DNA of 64,000 nt from Planctomycetota bacterium (lineage in GTDB: Bacteria; Planctomycetota; PLA2; JAEUHO01). The translations under genes and the position numbers were made by a program. Below, in pieces: positions 9,428 to 19,246 of the stretch. Each line of letters starts with the position of its first letter. The first letter of the stretch is position 1. The stretch is from contig JASJDY010000015.1 in the NCBI GenBank assembly GCA_030065025.1, forward strand, positions 2,281 to 66,280, read 5' to 3'. The notes under the pieces were generated by a model that saw only the letters and a list, made by a program, of their open reading frames with translations, was not told the DNA's origin and ran no database searches.

Positions 9428-10482
9428 CGTTCTTCGAACGCGTGCTCCGGCACCCGATCCAGCGGGGTGCGACTCACGCACGGCACGAACCCGAAGCCGC
9501 GGCTCGTCCGCAGTGCCTCCGCGACGTCGTCCTGCTCGCGCGCGTAGTCCGCGGTGAACACCGGCAGGCCCGCAGCGCGGTAGCGGCTGAGCAAGGCGGC
9601 GAGCGCCTGCATGTTCCACAGGTCGCCTGCGGGCCGCCTACGACCGCCGGCCGCAGGCGCTTCCCAGTCGTCCGTCGCGCTGCCCTGGAAGACGAGTCCC
9701 TCCTGCGCCACCCCGTCGAACCAGCCGGTGCTCTCGGGGATACGGTCGATGAGGTCGCCCGGGTTCTGCACGACGACGAGGAATCCAGGCCGGCTCTCCC
9801 GGGCGTAGGCACGAAGATCACGCACGAGCTCCGCCATGGCACGCGTGGGATCGACGCCTTCGCGCTTGGCCGTGGCCATGACCACGGGATCCGCGTAGCC
9901 GAGCACCCAGTCCAGGTAGACGCCGTCGAAGCCCTGGTCGAGCATGCGATCGAGCAGGGCACCGGAGGATCCAAAGAGCAGGGGACGCCAGCCGGGATCC
10001 CAGTACGCCACGGGGAAGTTCCCCTTCCAGCCCTCGGGATCCGGGCACAGCACGAAGCTCGTGCGCCCCTCGTCCGTGCGCTCCTTCGGCCGCCAGGCCT
10101 CCTGCCAATAGGCGCGGTAGTCCTCGGCCTGGCCGACGTTCAGATAACCCAGGACGAGCGGTCTCGCCTCGGCGCGCGACTGGAGCCGCTTCACGACCCC
10201 GCGCGTGGGGAAGTCTTCCTGCCCGCGCACCGTGTCGGTGGCCTCCAGCACGTACAGGTCGACGTTCGACCGCACGAGCCGATCCACGGCGCCTTCACGG
10301 TCGAGTCCCTGGAGCTGGTAGACCCACGACCGGACACCTGCGAGCGCACGCATCTGACGCTCGACCTCATCGCGCCTGGTCGCCTCAGGCGTACCCCCGG
10401 GCATGTCCGCGAGGAGCGCGTAGAGACCGAGTGCCGCAGCGGCGGCGAGGATCACGGAAGGCACGAGGACGCGGGGCGACAC
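9424..10482 (-). CDS. pelA: GH114-family glycoside hydrolase, PelA hydrolase-domain-like, membrane-anchored; no deacetylase domain.
   Basis: 352 aa with an N-terminal signal anchor. It has a TIM-barrel GH114-like sequence (YLDWVLGYADP, LVVVQNPGDL). It is convergent with pelG, and its stop overlaps the pelG stop. Confidence 0.65.
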   Translation of the reverse strand: MSPRVLVPSVILAAAAALGLYALLADMPGGTPEATRRDEVERQMRALAGVRSWVYQLQGLDREGAVDRLVRSNVDLYVLEATDTVRGQEDFPTRGVVKRLQSRAEARPLVLGYLNVGQAEDYRAYWQEAWRPKERTDEGRTSFVLCPDPEGWKGNFPVAYWDPGWRPLLFGSSGALLDRMLDQGFDGVYLDWVLGYADPVVMATAKREGVDPTRAMAELVRDLRAYARESRPGFLVVVQNPGDLIDRIPESTGWFDGVAQEGLVFQGSATDDWEAPAAGGRRRPAGDLWNMQALAALLSRYRAAGLPVFTADYAREQDDVAEALRTSRGFGFVPCVSRTPLDRVPEHAFEER

Positions 10483-10576
10483 GCCCCCGTTCTATCCGCC
10501 GAGGGGCCTGCCGCGCACAGGGATGAGACGCATCTTCACCGGCTGCACGTGTTCCACGCCGCCCCGGCCAGACTGG

Positions 10577-11644
10577 TCAAGCAGGCTCGAGGAGACGGCC
10601 GGCGGGGATCTTCTTGTCGGGTCGCGACGGCCGTCGCACGCCGCCGTCGGTGCGACGGGATCCCGCCAGCGCATCCTCGATCACCCAGCGCCAGCGCCGG
10701 TCGCCCAGGAAGGACCATGAGGCCGGGTCCTCGAGGATCTGCCTCTCGAAGTAGGCGAACATGACCCGCATGAGCTCGTCGGCGTCGGTGCTGCGCACGG
10801 GCTCGCCGCAGTCGAGCTCGATGCCGGTGCGACGCGTGTGCGTGAAGCCCGGGACGACGGGCACGCCCGCCTTCGCCGCCATGCGGCTGGCCCAGGGCGC
10901 GACACTCGCCACGCCGCCGAACATCGGCACCAGCACGCGGTCGCTATCCCGACAGATGCGGTCCACGGTGGCCACGACCAGCGTGCCGGAGCGCAACAGG
11001 CGCAGGCAGGCGCGCGTCAGTGCGAAAGGATTGCCGTCGCGGACGAGCAGCACCTTCACGCCCAAGCTCTCGTACACGGCGAGGGCCTGCCGCGTGCGCG
11101 CGATGGAGCGGGGGTTCCTGGCGAGCAGGACCGTGGGCACGCGCCGGCTGACCTCGAGGGACATGAGGACGGCACCCGTGCAGTGCGGCACGCACAGCAC
11201 ACACCCACCGTGCTCTGCCAGGAGGCCCGCCATCAGGTCGGGCTGCCGGATCCGCAGGTGCGCGGCCGTTTCGTCGGGTCGTCCACCGAGAGCGTACGAG
11301 CCCCACTGCAGCATGCGACGCACGCCGTCCACGAAGTCGCGGTACATGCGGCGCGGCGGATGGTGGTAGCCGGCACGGGCCGCGAGCGTCGACAGGGTCC
11401 GGCAGGCGCTCAGCAGCTGGTTGCCCGGTAGCGGCGCGGCCAGCTGGACGGGTACCGAGAAGAGCCTCAGCCCCCCCCGCTGCACCGGAGCCGGCAGTTT
11501 GCGCGCGCCGGTCGCCAGGAAGCTCGAGACCCAGAGCTTGGCGAGCGCCCCGCGGAGGCGACGGCGCGCTCGGGACGGCTTCTCGACGACCTCGAGCGGT
11601 CCGAGGTGGAGCGCCGGTGAATGGAAGACCTCGGACTCCGGCAT
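10577..11644 (-). CDS. LpxL/HtrB-family (LPLAT) lipid A-type acyltransferase paralog.
   Basis: It resembles the lauroyl/myristoyl acyltransferase family and is a paralog of the adjacent gene. The start was chosen at the internal Met (MPESEVF). The upstream part of the ORF is Arg-rich and not protein-like. Confidence 0.55.
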   Translation of the reverse strand: MPESEVFHSPALHLGPLEVVEKPSRARRRLRGALAKLWVSSFLATGARKLPAPVQRGGLRLFSVPVQLAAPLPGNQLLSACRTLSTLAARAGYHHPPRRMYRDFVDGVRRMLQWGSYALGGRPDETAAHLRIRQPDLMAGLLAEHGGCVLCVPHCTGAVLMSLEVSRRVPTVLLARNPRSIARTRQALAVYESLGVKVLLVRDGNPFALTRACLRLLRSGTLVVATVDRICRDSDRVLVPMFGGVASVAPWASRMAAKAGVPVVPGFTHTRRTGIELDCGEPVRSTDADELMRVMFAYFERQILEDPASWSFLGDRRWRWVIEDALAGSRRTDGGVRRPSRPDKKIPAGRLLEPA

Positions 11645-11667
11645 GGCCCGGAGTCTAGCCCGAGAAC

Positions 11668-12660
11668 TCAGTCCGGATCGTGTTCGCTGTAGGCGGGGTA
11701 GCGGCCCCGCTCGGCCGTGGGACGGCTCTTGAATCGCTTCAGGCGCCACTGCCAGAGCTTCGGATCCTCAAGGACGTACTCCTCGAGCACCGCATTGATC
11801 CGCCGCATCACCTCGAAGGGCCGCTGCTCCTCCGGAAACGCCTCGACTCCGAGCGTCACGTCCTCGTGGGTGACGATGCGGTAGCGCCCGTCGCTTCCGG
11901 GCAGGCAGAACATCGGGTGGATGGGCTTGTCGTAGCGCAGCGCGGCCCAGGCCGCGAGAGGCGTTGTGCGGGCTTCCAGGCCGAGGAACGGCACCCAGAT
12001 GCCACCCTGGCGCCGGCGGACATTGCGGTCGACCAGCAGGGCTGCGATGCCCCCGTCGGAGACGACGCGGGCGACGGCACGTGCTCCCCCACGGCGCAGC
12101 GCCATCTGCAGGTCGCCGTGACTGCGTAGCCGCGCCAGCATGTCGTTGATCAGCTCGTGCGGTACGGCCTCGGCCAGGAACACGGTCGGGGGCAGATGGG
12201 GAAAGAGGATGCGCAGGGCGAGCAGGAGCTCCCAGTTGCCGACGTGCCCCGACACGATGACGCCTCCTTCCTTGAAGAGGCGTTGCAGGTGCGGGGTCTG
12301 CTCGAAGTCCTCCGGCACGTCGACCCAACGACGATAGCGCTCGGGCGTGACCGGCTGCAGGTAGGCGAGCAGCAACGCCGAGCGCGCGAGGCTGCGCCAC
12401 GCGGACTGGACGATGCGCTTGCACTCCGAGCGCGGGAAGTCGGGTCCGAAGACCGCCCGCAGGTTCGCGTACGCGGCACGACGCGCGCGCCCGTTGAGGA
12501 GCGCCAGGACGGTGCCGAACGCATCGCCTAGGCGGAGGACCCAACGAGCGGGAAATGCCATCAGGATCCGCACGCCGGCGACGAGCAACGTGAGCAGCAC
12601 CTGCTGCGCGAGGCGGGCGCGGCGCAGACGCTGGAGGATGGTCGAGGGTGCGCGGGACAC
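11668..12660 (-). CDS. LpxL/HtrB-family lipid A biosynthesis acyltransferase.
   Basis: It has an N-terminal TM anchor, an HxxNWE-type acyltransferase motif (SGHVGNWELL) and a conserved C-terminal region (DPKLWQWRLKRFK) typical of HtrB/LpxL. Confidence 0.65.
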   Translation of the reverse strand: MSRAPSTILQRLRRARLAQQVLLTLLVAGVRILMAFPARWVLRLGDAFGTVLALLNGRARRAAYANLRAVFGPDFPRSECKRIVQSAWRSLARSALLLAYLQPVTPERYRRWVDVPEDFEQTPHLQRLFKEGGVIVSGHVGNWELLLALRILFPHLPPTVFLAEAVPHELINDMLARLRSHGDLQMALRRGGARAVARVVSDGGIAALLVDRNVRRRQGGIWVPFLGLEARTTPLAAWAALRYDKPIHPMFCLPGSDGRYRIVTHEDVTLGVEAFPEEQRPFEVMRRINAVLEEYVLEDPKLWQWRLKRFKSRPTAERGRYPAYSEHDPD

Positions 12661-12700
12661 GTAGGCGGGATCCTATGCGATGCCCTTCGGCCGCGCCTGC

Positions 12701-14350
12701 TCAGCGCGCGGGTGCGTCGGCCGGAATGACGTAGACCGGGGCGGGGGTCAGCGCCAGCCGCAGCATGCCGTCCTTCACCTGGACGCGGCGTCGTTTCGGT
12801 GCCTCGGATCCCAAACGCAGCGACTCGAGGACGTAGTGGCCACTGGGCAGCGGTATGAGCACGTCGCGTACGGGCAGGGGCTCGCCAGGCGCGCCGGCCC
12901 AGGAGAGTCGCGCGTCGAGCATGAGCAAGGCGATCCACGGTCGCGATCGCTTCGAGGGAAGGCGGAACACGACGCTGCGTCCCGGCGCGCCGATGGAGGT
13001 CTCGCCTGCCGACCGGTGCGTACCCAGCAGACGGTGCATCTGCCGGAGGGCCCACCAGGCGGGCGTACGTCGAACGCCCGCAGCCGGCGCGTCGCGGTTC
13101 GCAGCCTCCGCGAGGAACCCCTGATCGCCCGCCTCGCGACCCCCGGGATGCCCGGCGGGCAATCGGTCGAAGGGAGCCAGGGCGAGCACGGCGTCGGCAC
13201 CGGCGGCCCGCGCCCGCGCCACACCGCGCACGAAGTCGTAGGCCTGACCTCGCCGCAGCCAGGCCTTGGCCTCGGCATGACGGCTGTGCGCGGGATTGCG
13301 GGCAGCCGGCAGCCATCGGCGCCGAAGCCTGACCTCGTCCCCCTTGGGCGCGACCGCGCCGGGGACGCGCGCGCCACCGAGCTTGCGCGTCGGGTTGTCG
13401 ACCAGCCAGATCCCGGTGTCTCCGCCGGCATGCTCGTCGAGATGCCGACGCAGGAAGCGCAGGTTGGCGACGTCGTCGGCAAGGTGCGCATTGCCTGCGT
13501 GCGCGAGCACCTCGTACAGCCGCGGCATCGCGAGCAGACGGCGGATGTGCTCGAACCGGCGCGTCACCTCCAGCCTCGCCAGCGGTGCGTCGGCCGGCAC
13601 GAGCTGTCCGATGCGGTAGTCCCACTCCCGTCGGTCGGGGTGCGGGGCGTGGCCCGTTGCTGCCAGGTCGACCGAGGCCGTGACGATGCGCGTGGTCTCG
13701 GCAGCCGACTTCGCACCCAGGCCCGCATGGTGCAAGAGACGGAGGTAGTCCTCGGCGCTGCCAAGCCACGCGGCGGGCTCGAGGCGCCCGAGGATCTGCA
13801 CGTGGCGAACAGCCCCACGGAGCCCGGGCATGTCGGCGCGTCCGTCCCCGTCGTACCGCTCGACGACATCGCGCACGAAGCGCTCCCACGCCTTCCAGCG
13901 GCCGGGCTGGGGCGGTGCACAGCCGCCGGCCGTGCGCAGGGCCGCGTCCGACTCCGCTGCCGGAAGCGTGCGACGCACGCGCTGGGCCCAGGCCGAGGCC
14001 TTGACGGGGACGCCGGCCCACCCACTGCGGGGACTGAGCACGAGCACCGGCTCGAGACCGCTCAGCTGCCAGACGAGCACGGCCTCGTCGAGGGTCTTCC
14101 AGTCGTAGCGGGGCGGGGCGGACCTGGGCGGCTGGGCCTCGATCGTGCCCCAGTCGATCGGCGTGGTGCGGGCCAGGACCCGGCCCAGGTCGGCAAGCCG
14201 CTCGAGGTGCGCAGCATCCCGATAGGCGGGATCGAAGGCGTCGAACGGCCCGAGCCCGAGGAAGGGGACGTCGGGTCGCCGGTCCCCCTCTTCCGCGCTC
14301 ACGGCTCCTGCGGTGAGGACGACGAGGCACAACGCGAGGACGGTTCTCAT
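12701..14350 (-). CDS. Secreted hypothetical protein (signal peptide MRTVLALCLVVLTAGAVSAEE).
   Basis: The ORF has a clear Sec signal peptide. Its composition is protein-like, whereas the overlapping plus-strand ORFs are Arg/Gly/Pro-rich. The start was set at the signal-peptide Met. Confidence 0.5.
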   Translation of the reverse strand: MRTVLALCLVVLTAGAVSAEEGDRRPDVPFLGLGPFDAFDPAYRDAAHLERLADLGRVLARTTPIDWGTIEAQPPRSAPPRYDWKTLDEAVLVWQLSGLEPVLVLSPRSGWAGVPVKASAWAQRVRRTLPAAESDAALRTAGGCAPPQPGRWKAWERFVRDVVERYDGDGRADMPGLRGAVRHVQILGRLEPAAWLGSAEDYLRLLHHAGLGAKSAAETTRIVTASVDLAATGHAPHPDRREWDYRIGQLVPADAPLARLEVTRRFEHIRRLLAMPRLYEVLAHAGNAHLADDVANLRFLRRHLDEHAGGDTGIWLVDNPTRKLGGARVPGAVAPKGDEVRLRRRWLPAARNPAHSRHAEAKAWLRRGQAYDFVRGVARARAAGADAVLALAPFDRLPAGHPGGREAGDQGFLAEAANRDAPAAGVRRTPAWWALRQMHRLLGTHRSAGETSIGAPGRSVVFRLPSKRSRPWIALLMLDARLSWAGAPGEPLPVRDVLIPLPSGHYVLESLRLGSEAPKRRRVQVKDGMLRLALTPAPVYVIPADAPAR

Positions 14351-14426
14351 GTGCCGAGGGACTCCCATGGGCGCAGCATAGCCGTCCGAGCGACGGCCCG
14401 TCCCCCCCTGCAGGGAGCATGGCGCC

Positions 14427-15452
14427 ATGGTTCGGGATCCCCGCCGTGTCGAAGTCGTGCCGATCCGCCACCCGCGCGGGTGCCGTTCGTACGTCGTCGT
14501 CGACCCGGAGTCGCGCGAGGCGTGCGTCGTGGACCCGCTCCTGGACCACCTCAAGGAGACGACCGAGGCGCTCTCGGAGCAGCGGGCGGCCCTCCGCTGG
14601 ATCATCGAGACCCACGCCCACGGGGACCACATCTCCGGGGCGGCGGCGCTGAGGGAGCGCGCGGGGGGCGACATCGTCACCCACCCGTCGGCGGAGTCGG
14701 AGATCGCCACGGTCCGCCCCGACGACGGCGCCGAGCTTGCGCTGGGCGAGCAGGCGCTGCGCGTCCATCACGCGGCCGGGATCACGCAGGACGCGCTCGT
14801 GCTGGAGGCGCCGGGCGCGCTGTTCACCGGCGACACCCTGCTCATCGGCACGGTCGGCCTGCGCGACGCGCCCGGCAGCGATCCGCACGCCTGGTACGAG
14901 ACGCTGCGGCGCATCTTCGACGAGCGCGAGGAGGAGACGGTCGTCCACCCCGGCCATGACGACATGGGTCGGGACATGACCACGGTCAAGGCGGAGCGCC
15001 GGGGCAACCGCTGGCTGCGGGAGGACGACCGCGATGCGTTCCTCGCCCTCTTCCGCGCCGACGACCGCACGCCGCGGAAGGACGCGGATCGCATCCTGGC
15101 GGCCAACCGCCAGGGACTGTCGAAGCTGCCACGGGACGTCGAGGCGGCCTCGGGGTTCGCAGCCCCCACCGAGACGGTCGGCGAGGGCGCGCCGGCGCGC
15201 TTCGAGGAGCCGGCCGGGCCGAAGCCCGGAGGTCAGGCGCCGCTCCTGATCCTCTGCGGTGCGCTGTGCGCCGGCGGCACCATCCTGGGCTGGCTCCTGC
15301 TGCCCATCTTCCACGCCCTCTCCCTCGTCGCGGCGGTGCTGCTGCTGGGCGTCGGCCTGCCGATGATCGAGGGCCGACGCAAGCGGGGTACGGGCGACAC
15401 GCCCGACTTCTACTACACCGGCCCCTCGCGCCACACCGGGCCTGCTCCCTAG
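14427..15452 (+). CDS. Metallo-beta-lactamase-fold hydrolase with a C-terminal TM segment.
   Basis: It has the HxHxDH motif (ETHAHGDHISG), downstream His/Asp ligands (HPGHDD) and a hydrophobic tail (LLILCGALCAGGTILGWLLLPIF). Confidence 0.7.
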   Translation: MVRDPRRVEVVPIRHPRGCRSYVVVDPESREACVVDPLLDHLKETTEALSEQRAALRWIIETHAHGDHISGAAALRERAGGDIVTHPSAESEIATVRPDDGAELALGEQALRVHHAAGITQDALVLEAPGALFTGDTLLIGTVGLRDAPGSDPHAWYETLRRIFDEREEETVVHPGHDDMGRDMTTVKAERRGNRWLREDDRDAFLALFRADDRTPRKDADRILAANRQGLSKLPRDVEAASGFAAPTETVGEGAPARFEEPAGPKPGGQAPLLILCGALCAGGTILGWLLLPIFHALSLVAAVLLLGVGLPMIEGRRKRGTGDTPDFYYTGPSRHTGPAP

Positions 15453-15526
15453 GACGGCCTCCTGCCCTCGCACGGTGCGCTCGCCGTAGGCGCGACCCGC
15501 GCCGTGACGGCGGGTACCCTGCCGCC

Positions 15527-16753
15527 ATGAGCGACGACCCCACGAAGCCCTCCGGGGATGGCGATGAGCTGGAGCGCGAGATCGCAGACGCGCTGGGCGA
15601 CAACACCGTGCTGGAGATCGCAGGCCGCGAGCTCCTCGGCACCACGCAGCGCCCGGAGGTCGAAGTGCGTCCGGGCCGCTTCCACGAAGCCCTCGTGAGC
15701 GCGGTCGGGAAGCAGGACGTCTTCCTCGAGTTCGGACCGCGCACACAGGGTGTGGTGCCCGCCGCGCAGTTCGCCGAGCTGCCGGAGCCCGGCACGCGCA
15801 TCAAGGTGTTCGTGGAGGACTTCGACGACAAGGAGTCGCTCTACCTGTGCTCCGTGCGACGCACGGCGCAGGCCGCGGAATGGGACGGCCTCGAGGTCGG
15901 CTCGCTCTTCGCCGCCGAGGTCAAGGCCGTGAACAAGGGCGGCCTCGAGCTCCAGGCCGGCGTGCTCACGGCGTTCCTGCCCGTGTCGCACATCGAGCTG
16001 GATCGCGTCGAGGAGCTGGACCCGTACATCGGCCGCAAGTTCGAGGTCGAGGTGATCGAGGTCGAGCGTGAGAAGCGGCGCCTCGTCGTCTCCCGGCGCG
16101 GGATCCTTGCGCGCGAGCGCGACCAGCGGCGCACGGATGCTGCAAGCACGCTCGGTGTCGGCCAGGTCGTCAAGGGCCAGGTGACGCGCATCGAGGCCTA
16201 CGGCGCGTTCGTCGATCTCGGCGGCGTCGAGGGTCTGTTGCACGTCAGCGAGATCGCCCACAAGCGCGTCGAGGACCCCAAGGACCATCTCGAGGAGGGC
16301 GAGCTCGTCGAGGTCCAGATCCTGAAGATCGAGGAAGGCGGCAAGCGGATCTCGCTCAGCAAGAAGGCGCTCATCGAGGATCCGTGGGACGCGTTCGTGC
16401 GCGACCACCCGCGCGGGCAGGTCGTACCGGGCAAGGTGACCCGCATCGCCTCCTACGGCGCGTTTGTCGAGGTGGCGGACGGCATCGAGGGCCTCGCGCA
16501 CATCTCGCAGCTCTCGCCCGTCGCCATCAACACGCCGAAGGACGTCGTGCGTGTCGGCCAGGAGCTGGCCGTGCGCATCCACGAGGTGGACTACGAGCGC
16601 CGGCGGATCGGACTCTCGCTCCTGACGGAGCGCGGCGATCGTCTCACCGACGACGTGGCGGACGACGACACGATCCGCGAGGTGCTCGAGCGCGATCGCC
16701 CGGCCGAGCCCACGCTGGGCGACATCCTCAAGAAGGCCCTTGGGGACTCGTAG
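15527..16753 (+). CDS. S1 RNA-binding domain protein (about 4 tandem S1 domains, ribosomal protein S1-like).
   Basis: It has repeated S1 motifs (GQVVKGQVTRIEAYGAFVDLGG..GLLHVSEI and GQVVPGKVTRIASYGAFVEV..GLAHISQL). The start was set at MSDDPTK. The upstream part of the ORF is Arg/Pro-rich. Confidence 0.7.
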   Translation: MSDDPTKPSGDGDELEREIADALGDNTVLEIAGRELLGTTQRPEVEVRPGRFHEALVSAVGKQDVFLEFGPRTQGVVPAAQFAELPEPGTRIKVFVEDFDDKESLYLCSVRRTAQAAEWDGLEVGSLFAAEVKAVNKGGLELQAGVLTAFLPVSHIELDRVEELDPYIGRKFEVEVIEVEREKRRLVVSRRGILARERDQRRTDAASTLGVGQVVKGQVTRIEAYGAFVDLGGVEGLLHVSEIAHKRVEDPKDHLEEGELVEVQILKIEEGGKRISLSKKALIEDPWDAFVRDHPRGQVVPGKVTRIASYGAFVEVADGIEGLAHISQLSPVAINTPKDVVRVGQELAVRIHEVDYERRRIGLSLLTERGDRLTDDVADDDTIREVLERDRPAEPTLGDILKKALGDS

Positions 16754-16759
16754 GCGGGT

Positions 16760-17995
16760 CTAATCCCCCTCTTCCAGCGCCGGCAGGTCGAACGCCTCCA
16801 GCTCCGGCAGGCTCGCACCGACGATGCCCTGCAGATCGCCGTAGAGCCCCGAGGTCGAGCCGAGCGCTCGCTCGATCTGCTTCTCACGCGCCGCCCAGAG
16901 ACGCTGGATGGCGCGCTTCTCCTTCTCGAGGTCGGCACGCATGGCAGAGAAGGGCTCGAGCAGCCCCTCGATGCGGTTCTTGAACTCGGGTCCGGAGAAG
17001 TAGGCATAGAGCATGTCGATCTTCTCGCTCTTGCCCACCAGCGCCTGCTTCGCCTTCGCGGCCTCGAGGAGGCTGAGACGCAGCAGTCGCGCAAGGCCGG
17101 AGACACACGCGTAGTCGCTGACCCACACGCCGTCGATCTGCGAGACGGGCTTCGCGTCCTTGGGCAGCACGGTCGACACGAGCGCGGCCAGCTCGGCCTT
17201 CAGCGCACGCTGGTCGTCGCGCAGCTTCGGCAGCCAGCCGGCCGTCCAGTGCTTCGTGCGCTTCGCCTCCCACAGGATCGTGCCGCACTCGATGCCCGCC
17301 TCCGTGCGGACGCGCTGGACGACGTCGGCGCCGGTGATGCCCTTCGGCACGGACTCGATCTCGTCCAACGGGAACTCGCGCTGCAGGAGCTCCTCGAGCG
17401 TCACCTCGAGCGCCTCGCCCTGCGACTGCTGGGAGCCCTGCTTGAGACGACGGTTGAGATCCTCCACCTGCTTCTTGAGCCCGTCACGCTCGACGTCCTT
17501 CTGTTTGAGCAGAAGACTGAACTCCTCGTCCTTGCGCCGGAGCTCGGCGGCCTGAGCCTCGGCGGCGGCCTTCTCGGCCGCGGCGACGGCTTCTGCACGC
17601 AGCGCCTCACGCTGCCGCTCCTTCTCGAGGTCCCAGTCCTGCTTCTCCTGCTCGAAGCTCTCCATCGCCTTGCGCAGCGTGAGCTCACGTGCCTTGGCGT
17701 CCTTCGACTCGGCGATCGCCGACGCGGCGCGCTCTTTCAGGGCGTCGATCTCGAGCTGTGCAGAAGCGGCGGCGTCCTCACGCGCTCGGGCTCGCTCCTC
17801 GCGGATGCGGGTCTTGAACTTCTCCGCCGCCTTCGCGGTGGCATCGCGCAGCGCCTGCTCCCGGATGCCCTTCGTGAGGGCCTCCGTGACCTCGAACGTG
17901 CTGCCGCACTCGGGACACTCGACCTCGTTGGAGGCCGCGGGCGAGGAAGGGCCGGAAGTGGGCTGTCCCGTGCCGCGGGGCGTGGGTTCGATCAT
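16760..17995 (-). CDS. DUF2130-family protein (N-terminal zinc ribbon CPECG, long coiled coil, C-terminal conserved domain).
   Basis: It has a CxxC motif at the N-terminus, an extended coiled-coil region rich in Glu, Ala, Lys and Arg, and a C-terminal region (ILWEAKRTKHWTAGWLPKLRDDQ) typical of DUF2130. Confidence 0.6.
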   Translation of the reverse strand: MIEPTPRGTGQPTSGPSSPAASNEVECPECGSTFEVTEALTKGIREQALRDATAKAAEKFKTRIREERARAREDAAASAQLEIDALKERAASAIAESKDAKARELTLRKAMESFEQEKQDWDLEKERQREALRAEAVAAAEKAAAEAQAAELRRKDEEFSLLLKQKDVERDGLKKQVEDLNRRLKQGSQQSQGEALEVTLEELLQREFPLDEIESVPKGITGADVVQRVRTEAGIECGTILWEAKRTKHWTAGWLPKLRDDQRALKAELAALVSTVLPKDAKPVSQIDGVWVSDYACVSGLARLLRLSLLEAAKAKQALVGKSEKIDMLYAYFSGPEFKNRIEGLLEPFSAMRADLEKEKRAIQRLWAAREKQIERALGSTSGLYGDLQGIVGASLPELEAFDLPALEEGD

Positions 17996-18040
17996 GGGGC
18001 ACCTCTAGATGCCACCACGCTAGAGCACGCCACCGACAGG

Positions 18041-19171
18041 CTATTTGTTGGTCTTCCGTACGTAGATTCGCCCCACCCGATCGAGGCCGTCGAACCAGAA
18101 GCCGATGTCGCCGTAGTGCCACCACGCCGCGCTCACCTTCGCGTCCTTCGGCTGTCCATACGCCTTGAGCACGGCCCAGCGCGGGGATCCGACGCGAATG
18201 CCCGCACGCGTCGCGCCGGCGAAGCCGGAGCGGGTCTGCACGGTGTTCACCGATCCGTCGCTGCGGCGATTGATCATGAGCCCGGCGGCGAGCATGACGT
18301 TCGTGTTGGACTTGCCCGCGGGCCGGCTCTGCACGATCGGGCCGGCCAGCCGCACACAGGTGTCGAAGTCCTGTGCACCGGCGAGACCGCTCCCCCGCAC
18401 GAGCACGAGGTCCTTGCCGGCGGCGATCGGCTGCGGCAGTGTGCGCGCGGGATCCGTCGCCTGCTTCGGAACCTCGATGCCCAGCTCCGGTGACAGCACC
18501 TCGTAGCGATCGTCGCGACCGAGTCGAACCGTCAACGACCAGCGCAACGAGTTGCGAAAGCGCACCTTGTCATACAGCGTCCGGCTCGGTCCATAGCGCG
18601 CCAGGTACTCGAAGAGCGTCGATGCCTTCCACGGCCAGGCGTCGCCCTCCGCCGTACCCGGCACATCCGCGAAGCCGATCTCGTACTCCTTCACGATCTC
18701 GCGGCGTTCACGCTCGCCCAGCGTGTACCCGCCGTGATGCTGATCCCCGCGCTTCTGCTCGCCGGCGAACAGCTTGAAGGCCTCGACCTGATAGGTCACC
18801 TTCGTCTCGGGCTCACTCGCTCCCGCTGTCCAGTTCCGCTCCGTCCTCTTGATGCGTTGCACGATCCACTGTCGCGCGCCGTAGGCGCGCTCGAGCTTCT
18901 TGTAGAAGACGTAGAACAGGCGTCCTCCACGCATGCCGTGCGCTACGACCGGATCGTCCGTGATGTTCGCCAGGTCGACGCCGGCGGCACGCGCGCGCCG
19001 GTACTCGTCCTTCTTGCGCAACGCCGCTGCATCACCGCCTCGGTTCAGCACGTCGCGCACGCCTTCGGCAAGGGGGAGCAGCCGCAGGACCGGTTGCTGC
19101 GTTACCGGTTCGCCACGTGCGGACGTCCAGCAGAGACACAGCAACGTGACGACCAGGAGTCCTCTGCGCAT
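18041..19171 (-). CDS. Secreted hypothetical protein.
   Basis: It has a signal peptide (MRRGLLVVTLLCLCWTSARG) and a protein-like composition. Confidence 0.5.
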   Translation of the reverse strand: MRRGLLVVTLLCLCWTSARGEPVTQQPVLRLLPLAEGVRDVLNRGGDAAALRKKDEYRRARAAGVDLANITDDPVVAHGMRGGRLFYVFYKKLERAYGARQWIVQRIKRTERNWTAGASEPETKVTYQVEAFKLFAGEQKRGDQHHGGYTLGERERREIVKEYEIGFADVPGTAEGDAWPWKASTLFEYLARYGPSRTLYDKVRFRNSLRWSLTVRLGRDDRYEVLSPELGIEVPKQATDPARTLPQPIAAGKDLVLVRGSGLAGAQDFDTCVRLAGPIVQSRPAGKSNTNVMLAAGLMINRRSDGSVNTVQTRSGFAGATRAGIRVGSPRWAVLKAYGQPKDAKVSAAWWHYGDIGFWFDGLDRVGRIYVRKTNK

Positions 19172-19246
19172 GCCGTAGCCTAGCCGGACCGCCTGCACGA
19201 GCGCTCGCCGTGTGCGATACTGGGGCGCTCGACTTGGAGATCCCGC

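Noticed and set aside
8125-10764. 879-aa plus-strand ORF spanning pelG (out of frame) and antisense to the GH114 gene.
   Set aside because: Its composition is Arg/Pro/Gly-rich and not protein-like. It conflicts with two well-supported genes.
12561-15746. 1061-aa minus-strand ORF, and the 759-aa plus-strand ORF at 12680-14959.
   Set aside because: Both have low-complexity Arg/Gly/Pro translations. The real genes here are the secreted protein (minus strand, with a signal peptide) and the MBL hydrolase and S1 protein (plus strand).
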